Shown here in pieces: positions 10,083-19,964 of a DNA stretch of 64,000 nucleotides (position 1 is its first letter; each line of letters begins with the position of its first letter). Source of the stretch: Candidatus Melainabacteria bacterium 17Bon1m. GTDB taxonomy: Bacteria; Cyanobacteriota; Vampirovibrionia; Obscuribacterales; Obscuribacteraceae. The DNA lies in assembly GCA_032128875.1 (NCBI GenBank), contig JAVLKG010000007.1, forward strand, positions 128,001 to 192,000, written 5' to 3'. Below the pieces are notes generated by a model. That model searched no databases and was not told where the DNA came from. It worked only from the letters and a program-made list of their open reading frames with translations. The position numbers and the translations under genes were made by a program.

Positions 10083-10523
10083 TTAGTAGCCGTTGCCTTG
10101 AGACACGAAGTAGAAGCAAGCTAGCATCACAAGCATGGCGCTCGTCACGCCCAGCCAGAATCCAGCAACCAGAATCTGCCAAACAATAAGCGCCTGACGA
10201 GCTGTAAGGCTGATCATGATGCCCAAGCGGTTGATGATGTAGAAGATTACAGCGCCTACCGTGAACAGCAGCGGCAAAAGCTTGATACCGGGCGGTACAG
10301 GTACGCAAACAGCCATCACAAGGCTGAGAATACAAAGTACGACGAGCGCGATGGTCACATAGTCCGAAAAGCGCTGTTTGACGTTTTCCGCCACAGACGC
10401 TTCATTGACGTGCTTCAGCGCACGAAGGAAATTGGTAAGACCCTGGCGCCTAATAGGCTGTTCTTCACCAGCGCTATCTGCCGCCGGATTGGAATCCATT
10501 TTGTGTGCTTCCGATTCAGACAC
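10083..10523 (-). CDS. Membrane protein (about 3 TM)
   Basis: Hydrophobic segments; 16 nt upstream of the binding-protein gene, same strand. Confidence 0.7.
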   Translation of the reverse strand: MSESEAHKMDSNPAADSAGEEQPIRRQGLTNFLRALKHVNEASVAENVKQRFSDYVTIALVVLCILSLVMAVCVPVPPGIKLLPLLFTVGAVIFYIINRLGIMISLTARQALIVWQILVAGFWLGVTSAMLVMLACFYFVSQGNGY

Positions 10524-10635
10524 AAACCAACCTCTTTACTCGCCGGAACTCCCTCTAATATTATCAAGCCTCGCTCTTATCCGTGAGCCCGAAAAGAAGT
10601 AAAGTGAGCCAGTAGAAGAAATAAAGTGAGCCTAA

Positions 10636-11595
10636 GTGAGCCCGTCCGACAATAATTATCCGTCGCAAGAGCCGTCCGTGTGGGCTCTAGTCCTGCACTG
10701 GCGCGGGATTGAGTACACTCGGCGCTGCCTGACTTCCCTCAAAGAAATACACAAGCCGAATTTCAATATTTTGCTGGTAGACAACGGGTCTGAAGAAACA
10801 GACGAGACAACAGACGGGGCAAAACTTCAATCGGAGTTTCCGGGCATTGAATTGCTGCGATTGGAGACCAATCAGGGGTTTGCAGGTGGCTGCAATGCCG
10901 GAATGCGCTACTGCTTGGACAAGGGCGCCGATCTTATCTGGCTTCTCAACAACGACACGACCATTCCAACTGACTCTTTAGATAAGCTCCTGGCAGTTTC
11001 CGCCACGAACCCAAAGGCTGCTGCCTTGGGAGCCAGCATTGTTGAAAACGAGGAAGACGGGCGCGCAAAAACCGTCCAAGCACGCGGCGTGATTGATTTC
11101 ACCAAGGCAAAAACTTACCTCAAACGAGACGCCGAAGGTCTCACTGTGGATTGCGAATGGTTGTCCGGGTCAAATTTACTGTTACGAGCCGATGCTTTGA
11201 AAGAAGTTGGTCTCTTCGACGAGTCGTACTTTTTATACTTTGAAGACACCGAACTCTGCCATCGGTTGCGGCTAAAAGGTTGGAAGTGCCTTCTTGTACC
11301 GGATGCAATCATCGCGCATACCGGCAATGCGTCTACATCTGGAAAGCGCAGATTTTGGCGTGATTACTATTACACGCGCAATAGATTTCTATTTTTCTCG
11401 CAGTATCTACCAGGCACAAAACGCCTCCCAGCCTACGCTTTCATCTTCTCGCATCTGCTACGCCACACTCTTGTACTTCCTTTTAGAGGAGAAAAAGGAC
11501 GCAATCAATTGCGCGCTGAATTGCTTGGAGCGCGCGACTTCTTCAGTCACTCGCTCGGACGGGCAACATGCCTGGACTGGTGCGAGGAAAACTAA
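10636..11595 (+). CDS. Glycosyltransferase family 2
   Basis: LLVDNGS, NQGFAGGCNAG, LLNNDT and GLFDESYFLYFEDTELC motifs. Confidence 0.9.
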   Translation: MSPSDNNYPSQEPSVWALVLHWRGIEYTRRCLTSLKEIHKPNFNILLVDNGSEETDETTDGAKLQSEFPGIELLRLETNQGFAGGCNAGMRYCLDKGADLIWLLNNDTTIPTDSLDKLLAVSATNPKAAALGASIVENEEDGRAKTVQARGVIDFTKAKTYLKRDAEGLTVDCEWLSGSNLLLRADALKEVGLFDESYFLYFEDTELCHRLRLKGWKCLLVPDAIIAHTGNASTSGKRRFWRDYYYTRNRFLFFSQYLPGTKRLPAYAFIFSHLLRHTLVLPFRGEKGRNQLRAELLGARDFFSHSLGRATCLDWCEEN

Positions 11596-11715
11596 TTCTC
11601 TCGAGGCAAAACTCAAAAAATCCGGGAAAATCGCACGCTAGACTTTCTCACGTGATCTTTATGTGTTGACCCTTAGAGTGCTCAGAACCCCCCCCGAGCA
11701 CCTTGGAGAGTCGAT

Positions 11716-12312
11716 ATGGAAAATTTTCGTTGTGCCGACAGCACGCAGTCACAAGGAAGTAGTCATTCTGCTCTGATCGAAGACTTCTTAAATCAAACAT
11801 TCCAGAAAGAAAACGAACCTGTCTATCGCTGTCCTACAGGAACAGTTCCTGCCGTTGAGATGTACGACTCAGAGGCTGCGCAGGGCGATAAAGCAGCGGG
11901 TCACAGTGCAGTGGTTAATGCACATAACGCCTTTGACGAAAGCGCCGAAAATCTTGACCAGAGACAAAAAGGATTAGAATACCTAAACTCACACAAATCC
12001 CCCACGGAGATTGCATCTCAGTACGCTAAAGACTGGCAAGAAGGACACTATCAATTCTTCACACCGTTTCTCAACGACATCTACCATGTAGCAAGAAACA
12101 GTGATGACAAGGCTGCAACGCTAAAACAAATACAAGACACAATGAATCAGATCTTGAAGGATGATCCGAAGGATACCGAAGTTGCTCTAGATCTTCGAGC
12201 CGATGGCACAGTATTGGTGCGCTTTGGCGATCAAAACAGCTTCTACAGACGCATTGTAGATTTAAAAGAACCTTTCCACTACGGCAATAGCTTCAGCTGG
12301 GAAGACTATTAG
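11716..12312 (+). CDS. Hypothetical protein
   Basis: 198 aa ORF with GGAG SD; convergent overlap with TetR stop. Confidence 0.6.
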   Translation: MENFRCADSTQSQGSSHSALIEDFLNQTFQKENEPVYRCPTGTVPAVEMYDSEAAQGDKAAGHSAVVNAHNAFDESAENLDQRQKGLEYLNSHKSPTEIASQYAKDWQEGHYQFFTPFLNDIYHVARNSDDKAATLKQIQDTMNQILKDDPKDTEVALDLRADGTVLVRFGDQNSFYRRIVDLKEPFHYGNSFSWEDY

Positions 12313-12937
12313 AAACACCAGCAAGAATAAGCTGAATAGCCTGATCCACGTGCACGTCATATAGATCTTTATTCAAAATATCCGGCGTGCCATCAAACAT
12401 GTGAGCGAGGTTGTTCCGCGACATCGTATAGAAAAGACATGCCCCCATGATGTTGATCGAGGTATGAAGACTGTTTATCTCACTCCTAAAGACGCCTTCT
12501 TTCTTTCCGCGCTCCAGAATTGCTTGTATTGGTTCGTAAATAGCTGAGATCACAATCTGCTTATAGTATTTGCCTTCATTCTGAATGCCTTCGAAAAGCA
12601 TGATCAAAGGCAGATTTCGATTCTCGCGCAAATCCGTCATGATTATGCGGAGAAAACGCTCCAAAGCTTCCGGCGGCGTCGCCTGATTGATATCGAATCC
12701 CTGAGCGACTTTCGCCTGCTCAGAGAACATTCGCTCCAATACGAGCTGATACAAAGTTTCCTTCGAATCAAAGTAATAATGAATCATCGCGCGCGTACAG
12801 TCTGCCGCGATCGCCATGTCTTCGGTGCGCGCGCCTAACAATCCGCGCCTGGCAAATTCGCATTCAGCTGCGTCGAGAATAAGTTTTTTCGTCAGCTCAG
12901 CGTCTCGCTGTTTGCTGACAATTTTGGTTTTGGCCAT
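12293..12937 (-). CDS. TetR/AcrR family regulator
   Basis: ILDAAECEFARRGLLGARTEDMAIAADCTRAMIHYYFDSKETLY HTH; divergent from emrAB-like genes. Confidence 0.92.
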   Translation of the reverse strand: MAKTKIVSKQRDAELTKKLILDAAECEFARRGLLGARTEDMAIAADCTRAMIHYYFDSKETLYQLVLERMFSEQAKVAQGFDINQATPPEALERFLRIIMTDLRENRNLPLIMLFEGIQNEGKYYKQIVISAIYEPIQAILERGKKEGVFRSEINSLHTSINIMGACLFYTMSRNNLAHMFDGTPDILNKDLYDVHVDQAIQLILAGVSNSLPS

Positions 12938-13062
12938 CAGTTCACTCGGTTTGTTTGGTCAAATTGATCGATTTTCGATCGAAAAAGCGCCCTTCTCGGT
13001 CCAAAAACCCAACCAACTAACAAAATTGTAAACCAGACTACACAATCCGGCAAGAAACCCCC

Positions 13063-13108
13063 TTGACGGTTTCGGCTTTTGGGTACATACTAACTAACAT
13101 GTTAGTTA
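13063..13108 (+). promoter_or_regulatory. Sigma70-type promoter plus TetR operator
   Basis: TTGACG (13063), 17 bp spacer, CATACT (13086); perfect 18-bp palindrome TAACTAACATGTTAGTTA at 13091-13108. Confidence 0.75.
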
Positions 13109-13129
13109 ACCGATTAGAGGGCGACGAAA

Positions 13130-14530
13130 ATGGCAGTCCCAACATTAGAAGAAAAGCCCTGCACCGAACTCAAAGCTTACCCGGTAACCACAGTTCCTTG
13201 TAGAGATGTCACCACCTCCCCCAACCCGGAAGGCGACGCATACGCTGAAAACGTTCACACCGACAAAAAGGCTGGAAAGTTCAACTTCGGAAAACATAGG
13301 AAGGTTTTGGCGATAGCGACCGCAGCGCTGCTATTAATCGGTGGCGGCAGTATCGGAGCCATTCAGTGGCTTTCATTCTTGTCTGCGCACCAAGAAACAG
13401 ACGACGCTTACGTCACCGGACACCTGCACCAAATCAGCAGCCGCATAGACGGAACGGTCGCGCAAGTTCTTATCGACGATAACCAACACGTCAAAGAAGG
13501 ACAGGTTATCGCTGTACTTGACCCGCGCGACTATCAAGTGAAGGTCAACCAAGCGAAAGCAGCACTCGATTCTGCAAAGCGCCAAGCAAATTCCGCATTC
13601 AGCTCCATCAACCTCGCTAGCACGACCGCCCAAGGCAACGAACTGAGCGCCAATGGAGCTGTTGAAGATGCCCGGGCCACGATCGCCAAAGCGGAGGCAG
13701 CAGTTCAAGAGTCTCTCGCACAAATCGAGCATTCTAAAGACGACCTGGTCGGCAAGCAAGCCGAGGTCGAACGCGCCGAGCTCGACTACAAAAGATTTGA
13801 TGACTTAGCCAAGGATCAAGCCGTTTCGCAACAACAAGCAGACAATGCAAAACGCGACTTCATCGTCGCCGAGAAAGCTCGCGACATGGCGCAAAAACAA
13901 ATTACACAGGCAAACGCACAATACGCTCAAGCGTTAGAAACAGTGAAGAAAGCCAAGGCACAATTGGTCCAAACCCAAGGACAAGTGCAATTGGCCAAAG
14001 CAAGTCAGGTACAAACAGAAGTCAACTCTAAGAACTACGACGTCGCAAACGCCGCTATTGAAGAGGCTACGGCCAAGCTCCAAGAAGCTGCTTTGAACCT
14101 CTCGTACACGACGATCGTTGCACCGACGACTGGACGCATCGGCAAGAAATCAGTCGAAGTTGGTCAGCATGTGCAGCCTGGACAACCGCTGGTCACGCTC
14201 GTTTCGGATGACCTTTGGGTAGTCGCAAACTTCAAAGAAACACAACTCGAGAAGATGCGCCCGCATCAAGAAGTCGAATTGAAAGTCGATTCTTTCCCAG
14301 GACACATTTTCAAAGGAACCATCGATAGTGTCGCTCCTGGCTCTGGTTCTAGCTTTGCAGTCCTTCCTTCAGACAATGCAACCGGCAACTTCACCAAAAT
14401 CGTTCAACGCGTTCCGGTAAAGGTTGTTTTCAACAAAGCCAGCCTTGGAATGTACTCGGACCTGCTGGTTCCTGGAATGTCGGTCATCGTAGACGTTGAA
14501 GTGAAAGGTCACAATACCAAAAAGGCGTAA
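13130..14530 (+). CDS. emrA: HlyD/EmrA-family membrane fusion protein
   Basis: ETDDAYVTG, WVVANFKETQL and LPSDNATGNFTKIVQRVPV. Confidence 0.9.
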   Translation: MAVPTLEEKPCTELKAYPVTTVPCRDVTTSPNPEGDAYAENVHTDKKAGKFNFGKHRKVLAIATAALLLIGGGSIGAIQWLSFLSAHQETDDAYVTGHLHQISSRIDGTVAQVLIDDNQHVKEGQVIAVLDPRDYQVKVNQAKAALDSAKRQANSAFSSINLASTTAQGNELSANGAVEDARATIAKAEAAVQESLAQIEHSKDDLVGKQAEVERAELDYKRFDDLAKDQAVSQQQADNAKRDFIVAEKARDMAQKQITQANAQYAQALETVKKAKAQLVQTQGQVQLAKASQVQTEVNSKNYDVANAAIEEATAKLQEAALNLSYTTIVAPTTGRIGKKSVEVGQHVQPGQPLVTLVSDDLWVVANFKETQLEKMRPHQEVELKVDSFPGHIFKGTIDSVAPGSGSSFAVLPSDNATGNFTKIVQRVPVKVVFNKASLGMYSDLLVPGMSVIVDVEVKGHNTKKA

Positions 14531-14536
14531 GGTATC

Positions 14537-16144
14537 ATGAACGCGCAAGCAACAGCAGAAGCGCAACCCGCCATGACCAACTCACCCAATCAAGGCGCTG
14601 AACGCGAAGTAACCTTCAAAGACTGGATTGCAGTCGTCGGTTCCGCGCTCGGCGCCTTCATGGCAGTGCTGGATATTCAAATTACGGCATCGTCTCTCAA
14701 AGACATTCAAGGCGCCTTGGGCGCAAGTCTTGACGAAGGCAGCTGGATCTCCACCGCTTACCTGATTGCGGAAATTGTCACTATCCCTCTCACTGGCTGG
14801 TTGTCCAAAGTTTTCGGGTTAAAGCGCTACATCCTCACAAACGCCGTCCTCTTCCTCATTTTTTCGATGTGCTGCGGACTTGCCTGGGACTTAAACTCAC
14901 TCATCACATTTCGTGCAGCTCAAGGATTCACAGGCGGTGTGCTGATTCCGATGTCGTTTGCAATTATTCTTTCGAAACTCCCTCCATCGAAACAACCGAT
15001 TGGTTTGGCGATATTCAGCATCACCGCAGTGTTCGCGCCATCGATCGGTCCTACAATCGGCGGCTATCTGACCGACAACTTCGGTTGGGAGTACAGCTTC
15101 TACCTCAATTTGATCCCAGGCATAGCGCTCATCTCAATGCTTGCGTATTCATTGCCAAAAGCAAAAATGCAGTTGGAGCTGCTCAAACGCGGCGACTATC
15201 TCGGCATTACCACAATGGCAATCGGGCTCAGTTGCTTGATCTATGTACTTGAAGAGGGGCAGCGCAAAGACTGGTTTGGTTCAGAACTGATCTCGCGCTC
15301 GGCAATCGTCGCCGCAATTACGCTAACTATTTTCGTAATTTCTCAGTTCGTCAAGAAAGAACCGCTGCTCAACCTCAAACTGCTATTCCAGCGCAACTTC
15401 GGTATAGGCAGCTTCGCCAACACTGTCTTCGGGATGGCTCTCTACGGCAGTGTATTCATCATCCCGTCTTACCTGACAATCGTGCAAGGCTACAGCGCCT
15501 TGCAAATCGGGCAAGTTTTGATTTGGTCAGGACTGCCACAACTTGCGATCACACCATTTATACCGCTGCTTATGAAGAAGGTAGACGCGCGCATCATGCT
15601 CGTCGCCGGTCTCGCGCTGTTCTCCGCAAGTTGTTTCATGAATGCATTTATGAGCCACGACTACTCGGGTCCACAGCTGATCGCAGCAATGCTTGTGCGC
15701 TCTTTGGGACAGCCATTGATCATGGTTCCACTATCGACCTTAACCACCGCCGGCATTGCACAGGAAGAAGCACCGACAGCCTCGTCGCTGTTCAATATGA
15801 TGCGCAACCTCGGTGGTTCGTTCGGAATTGCAGGACTTTCGACCATTCTCACGCAGCGCGAACAGTTTCACTCTGAGCGCATTGGCGAGTCTTTCACCGC
15901 AGTCGGTTTGAACACACAGCAATTCCTAAGCCAAGCAATGGAGAAATTTCAACAACACGGCTACTCGCAATATAGCGCTCACCAAGCTGCGATCGAACAG
16001 CTAGCGCACCGCATCAAAGTGGAGGCCTACGTACAATCATTCAACGATTGTTTCCTGGCGCTCGGCATTGTTCTACTTACAGCAGCTATTGTCGCAATGT
16101 TCTTGAAAAAAGCAGACCCCAACGCGCATTCAATGGCTGAGTAG
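14537..16144 (+). CDS. emrB: DHA2 family MFS efflux permease (EmrB-like)
   Basis: FMAVLDIQI, SWISTAYLIAEI and FRAAQGFTGG; about 14 TM. Confidence 0.9.
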   Translation: MNAQATAEAQPAMTNSPNQGAEREVTFKDWIAVVGSALGAFMAVLDIQITASSLKDIQGALGASLDEGSWISTAYLIAEIVTIPLTGWLSKVFGLKRYILTNAVLFLIFSMCCGLAWDLNSLITFRAAQGFTGGVLIPMSFAIILSKLPPSKQPIGLAIFSITAVFAPSIGPTIGGYLTDNFGWEYSFYLNLIPGIALISMLAYSLPKAKMQLELLKRGDYLGITTMAIGLSCLIYVLEEGQRKDWFGSELISRSAIVAAITLTIFVISQFVKKEPLLNLKLLFQRNFGIGSFANTVFGMALYGSVFIIPSYLTIVQGYSALQIGQVLIWSGLPQLAITPFIPLLMKKVDARIMLVAGLALFSASCFMNAFMSHDYSGPQLIAAMLVRSLGQPLIMVPLSTLTTAGIAQEEAPTASSLFNMMRNLGGSFGIAGLSTILTQREQFHSERIGESFTAVGLNTQQFLSQAMEKFQQHGYSQYSAHQAAIEQLAHRIKVEAYVQSFNDCFLALGIVLLTAAIVAMFLKKADPNAHSMAE

Positions 16145-16171
16145 CCAATTTGGCTGGAGTTGTGGGCCCTA

Positions 16172-16543
16172 TCAATCTTGGTCTTTTGTGCACTGGGTAT
16201 GTGTTGTTTGCTTTCGCTCTGACCACTTTCCACTCACTTCGTTCAACACAAATGAAATGAACGCAGTCATCAATGCCACGCGAAATGCAACTTCAATGCC
16301 CTCATTAACCATGTTACCGGCTAGGGCAAGCGGCACTATTTGTTCCTTCAACCTCGAAAGCTCGCAGTGCACAAACATATCCGCCACGCGTCTATAACTG
16401 ACACACAAAGCAGCGTACGAGGTAGACGCTTCAAAACTAAAATGTATCAGCTCAAAAAGAAAGCCAATAAAAAAGCCAAAGAAAAGCGGTCTCCAGTACC
16501 AGAGGATCTTTTGTTTGCGACTTAGTTCACTGTACGCCGGCAT
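16172..16543 (-). CDS. Membrane protein, paralog of 16553-17062
   Basis: LSRKQKILWYWRPLFFG motif shared with neighbour. Confidence 0.6.
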   Translation of the reverse strand: MPAYSELSRKQKILWYWRPLFFGFFIGFLFELIHFSFEASTSYAALCVSYRRVADMFVHCELSRLKEQIVPLALAGNMVNEGIEVAFRVALMTAFISFVLNEVSGKWSERKQTTHTQCTKDQD

Positions 16544-16552
16544 TGATCACCA

Positions 16553-17062
16553 TTAGACAGTAAAAAACAATCTCCAATCAAATCCAAGTAAATCCAAAAA
16601 CCCAGTCAAAATCATCAAAACGACAATAGAACCAATAATCGCCACACAGATGACCTTTGCCACATCACCCTTAAACATACCAACGATGGAATAGTGATTT
16701 TTGCCAAAAATAGAGGTCAACACTTCATCTATAGGTTGTGCCCATTTGCCCTTCACTTGTTTAAGAGCAAAGGCAATAAATGTAGTGATAACCGTCGTTC
16801 GAAAAACAGTATCCATGCCCTGATCTACTAAGTACCTAGCAAAAACCAAATCTCTTGCTTTAGCAATTAAATCTGCATGTCTTTCATAAAAATCGTTGGG
16901 ATCCATACCCGGATGCCAGAACGAATCCCAGTCGATGCTCCAGTCACAGGCGACTCCCAGACCAATCAAAAGTACAAAAACAATCCCAAGATACATCCCA
17001 AAACAGAATGGGCGCCAGTACCACAGCAGTTCCTGTTTGCGCGAAAGAATGCCTTTAATCAA
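16553..17062 (-). CDS. Membrane protein, paralog of 16172-16543
   Basis: LSRKQELLWYWRPFCFG and VKGKW motifs shared with neighbour. Confidence 0.65.
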   Translation of the reverse strand: MIKGILSRKQELLWYWRPFCFGMYLGIVFVLLIGLGVACDWSIDWDSFWHPGMDPNDFYERHADLIAKARDLVFARYLVDQGMDTVFRTTVITTFIAFALKQVKGKWAQPIDEVLTSIFGKNHYSIVGMFKGDVAKVICVAIIGSIVVLMILTGFLDLLGFDWRLFFTV

Positions 17063-17153
17063 TTTGGATTACCTGACTAGTTATCTGAATCCATCATACA
17101 AAAGACGATGTCGCAGCAATCCTCCAGTTATTGTCGGCTCTGCTCCCGCGCTT

Positions 17154-17798
17154 TCAATAGCTCGCCTCTTCTGGTTTCCAACGTATCATCAATACACACA
17201 CGCAAATCAGCAAAAAGAGTGGCAGCACGCCCGAAGCAAACGAAAACAGAAGCAATATTTTCAAACCGCATAGGAGTCGAATTATCATCTGGTCAAAAGA
17301 TTGATCAACAGGAAGCTTGCCCTGCGCTGCACTTAATAGGATAAAGGTTGTTCCAACTGCAAGAAGACACGTTGCAGCTAACTCAAGACTCCGACGAATG
17401 CAGTCAACAGCTCGAACTTTTTTGAACTGTTCGAAAAATACCAAAACCATAGCGGATAATCCAACGTACAAGAATCCGTGATCTAGAAATTCCATTGAGA
17501 ATCTGAGAGCAAAGGCCTGCGTCTTCAGCCGCGCGTATTGGTCTCGCAGAGCCAAATAACTGTCAAAGGAAGCATTGCCAGGACCAGCGACTTTCGACAA
17601 CATCTCACTGAGTACCGGAAATGGTGCAATCATCCGGTCACAGAAAGGCGGGGGTAAAACCGATTCGACAGATTCTAAGCCCAAAAAAATTGCGCCGAGT
17701 CCAACACCAATCAGAATAATTGCAATGTACTTCGCTCTTGTTGCGCTATGAGTTCCAAAGACGTTCATCCTAATTACTTTTCTCAAACTTGAAAGCAC
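17154..17798 (-). CDS. Membrane protein (about 4 TM)
   Basis: Hydrophobic segments; start uncertain (ATG near 17768 possible). Confidence 0.6.
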   Translation of the reverse strand: MLSSLRKVIRMNVFGTHSATRAKYIAIILIGVGLGAIFLGLESVESVLPPPFCDRMIAPFPVLSEMLSKVAGPGNASFDSYLALRDQYARLKTQAFALRFSMEFLDHGFLYVGLSAMVLVFFEQFKKVRAVDCIRRSLELAATCLLAVGTTFILLSAAQGKLPVDQSFDQMIIRLLCGLKILLLFSFASGVLPLFLLICVCVLMIRWKPEEASY

Positions 17799-17885
17799 AC
17801 GCCAATGCCGCTCAATGAATGGCTTCTATTTCAAAACGAAAACTTGAAATCTAGAAGTTCATCTCAACCCATCATACAAAAGCAC

Positions 17886-17911
17886 AAAAATGCCGGCTTC
17901 GAAAACCGGCA
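17886..17911 (-). terminator. Intrinsic terminator after jag
   Basis: TGCCGG...CCGGCA stem followed by TTTTT on the minus strand. Confidence 0.55.
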
Positions 17912-17935
17912 CTTCTAAATTCCATTTTTGAAAAT

Positions 17936-17988
17936 GCGGGCGAGCCGCCCACGCTCCCAGAGCGGTCGACGCATGGCGTCGACCCTAC
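17936..17988. repeat. Two adjacent REP-like palindromes
   Basis: GCGGGCGAGCCGCCCACGCTCCCAG, and on the minus strand GTAG-GGTCGACGC-cat-GCGTCGACC. Confidence 0.6.
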
Positions 17989-17990
17989 AG

Positions 17991-18590
17991 TTACGCTTCG
18001 TCTACGACTTCGGCTTCGTCGCCGTACGCTTCTTCTTCGGCAGCGTAATCATCATCTTCGTCGGCAGGTTTGTGTTTGCCGTTCGACTCTTTCTTCTTCT
18101 TACCGCCGCCGCCTTCTTCCGGCATGCCACGATAAGTGATAACGATGTGCCTGTCTTGACCTTCGCCTTCCGATTCGGACGCGAGTTCTTCGAAGTTTTC
18201 CTGCAAGTATTTGTGCACGATGCGGCGCTCGTATGGGCTCATCGGCGGTAGCGCGATGCGCTCTTGCTCACCATTCAACACTTCAACAGCAGCTCTCTTG
18301 GCGCTGTCCTCGAGATTGCGACGACGACGCAGTCTGTAATCGAGCACATCGACTACGAATGGTCCTTGGTCAGCCATCGCTGATTTGCACATCTGTCTAA
18401 CGATGAACTGCAGAGCTTCCAGAGTCGCTCCATTGCGTCCAATCAGCAATCGGGCGTCATCCGGACGGCACTCGATGCGGAAGCACGTGGTCGTCTCGTC
18501 AATGTCCTCTGCCGAAACCTGCGCCTCAATGTCCAAAATGGCGAGGATTTTTTCCAAATATGATCTGGCGTTTTCGTCTAGTGAGTTCAT
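17991..18590 (-). CDS. jag: Jag/EloR RNA-binding protein (KH + R3H), lacking the N-terminal Jag domain
   Basis: LLIGRNGATLEALQ (KH) and PMSPYERRIVH (R3H); downstream of yidC. Confidence 0.9.
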   Translation of the reverse strand: MNSLDENARSYLEKILAILDIEAQVSAEDIDETTTCFRIECRPDDARLLIGRNGATLEALQFIVRQMCKSAMADQGPFVVDVLDYRLRRRRNLEDSAKRAAVEVLNGEQERIALPPMSPYERRIVHKYLQENFEELASESEGEGQDRHIVITYRGMPEEGGGGKKKKESNGKHKPADEDDDYAAEEEAYGDEAEVVDEA

Positions 18591-18593
18591 AAG

Positions 18594-19865
18594 CTATTTC
18601 TTCTTCTTTTTTACTTTGCGCTTTCCTGTTGACAAACTTATCGTTTCACCGGTGTCGCTTTCCACCGTAATTTGCTTGACTCCATCTTCTGTTTTCTTTT
18701 TGCTCGAACCCTTCTCGGATTCTTTACTGGAGCCATTCTTTCCGCTATCACTTACGTCTTTTTTTTTGCCCTTTGGCGCATCATCGTCCGGCGATTGCGG
18801 AGGCACGTAATCATCATCGCCTTGCGTCACATCGACAAATTCTGGCACGGGCGACTTCATGACCAGCCATGTTTGCAACGTCTGAATGACGTTCGACACA
18901 ACCATATAAACATACACTCCCGAAGGCAATGGTATGAAGAAAAACATTGCCGAAAGTGCAATTGGCATCGTTTTTGCCGTCTGCTGCTGGATTATTTGCT
19001 GCTCGTCCATCTCTTGATTTGGATCTGGCGGCTTCATTGTCAGCTTGGAAGACAAGTACATCGTTGCGCCGAAAAGAATGATCATGACGACCAGATCAAA
19101 GTTTTCCGGTTTCAACAAATCCATACCTGACGCAACTTTTCCAAGACCATTTATCGGTCCAAAATTCTCATGCTTGGCGATGCCAGGAACCATTGCCTGA
19201 ACGTGATATTCACCAGGCTTGTTAAAGGTGGCGTGACCGTTGTCATCGATAGTTGCTGGTGCTTCTTCGCCTTCTTTCTTTTGCACATTGGCGAGTTTCC
19301 ATTGCACCTTGAAATCGGCCGGCAGCTGCCCTTCAACAGAGCGTGTATTGAAGTCGACACTCTCGCCTTCAACTACAACCGAATCACCCGGGAAAACTAC
19401 TACCTTGGCGATCTTGCCATCGGTTGCGACATACGGACAGTTGTTGCCACTAACCTCGACCTTCTTAACTTCGGCAGACTTAGCCTTTTCAACGACGTTG
19501 ACCTTGACGTCAACAGCTTTGTCACCAAAAGGTGGACCGGAGAAGGTTGCAAACAGTGCAAATAACACGGGAAGTTGAACAAGAGTTGGCAAGCAGCCGC
19601 CCAGCGGATTCATCTTATTCTTGGAGTAGAACTCCATCATCTTCTTTTGGAATTTCTCAGGATCAGACTTGTACTTGTCCTGGATCTTCTTCATCATCGG
19701 CTGCATCTGAGACATCTTCTGCATCGACTGAGTCGACTTGACGACCAGCGGCCAAACCAGCAGACGCACCAAAACTGTGAGCAAGATGATCGCCCAGCCG
19801 TAGCTGTTCGTCATCCTGTGGAAATACTCCAGGATCGGAATCATAAACTGATAGGTGATGTCCAA
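18594..19865 (-). CDS. yidC: Membrane protein insertase YidC (cyanobacterial-type)
   Basis: SYGWAIILLTVLVRLL and NPLGGCLPTLVQLPV; soluble insertion between TM2 and TM3. Confidence 0.95.
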   Translation of the reverse strand: MDITYQFMIPILEYFHRMTNSYGWAIILLTVLVRLLVWPLVVKSTQSMQKMSQMQPMMKKIQDKYKSDPEKFQKKMMEFYSKNKMNPLGGCLPTLVQLPVLFALFATFSGPPFGDKAVDVKVNVVEKAKSAEVKKVEVSGNNCPYVATDGKIAKVVVFPGDSVVVEGESVDFNTRSVEGQLPADFKVQWKLANVQKKEGEEAPATIDDNGHATFNKPGEYHVQAMVPGIAKHENFGPINGLGKVASGMDLLKPENFDLVVMIILFGATMYLSSKLTMKPPDPNQEMDEQQIIQQQTAKTMPIALSAMFFFIPLPSGVYVYMVVSNVIQTLQTWLVMKSPVPEFVDVTQGDDDYVPPQSPDDDAPKGKKKDVSDSGKNGSSKESEKGSSKKKTEDGVKQITVESDTGETISLSTGKRKVKKKKK

Positions 19866-19923
19866 TTTGCTACCTCTGAATCAAGCTCTCTGGCTTGTTT
19901 TACACACGGTGCCCTTCCGGGCT

Positions 19924-19947
19924 GGTCGACGAATGGCGCCGACCTAC
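19924..19947 (-). repeat. GTAG-headed REP-like palindrome
   Basis: Minus strand reads GTAG-GTCGGCG-ccatt-CGTCGAC. Confidence 0.5.
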
Positions 19948-19964
19948 ACTACTTTGTCGAAATC

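Noticed and set aside
19150-19520. Soluble insertion in YidC as a novelty
   Set aside because: Cyanobacterial YidC proteins carry a comparable insertion; used only as a lineage clue.
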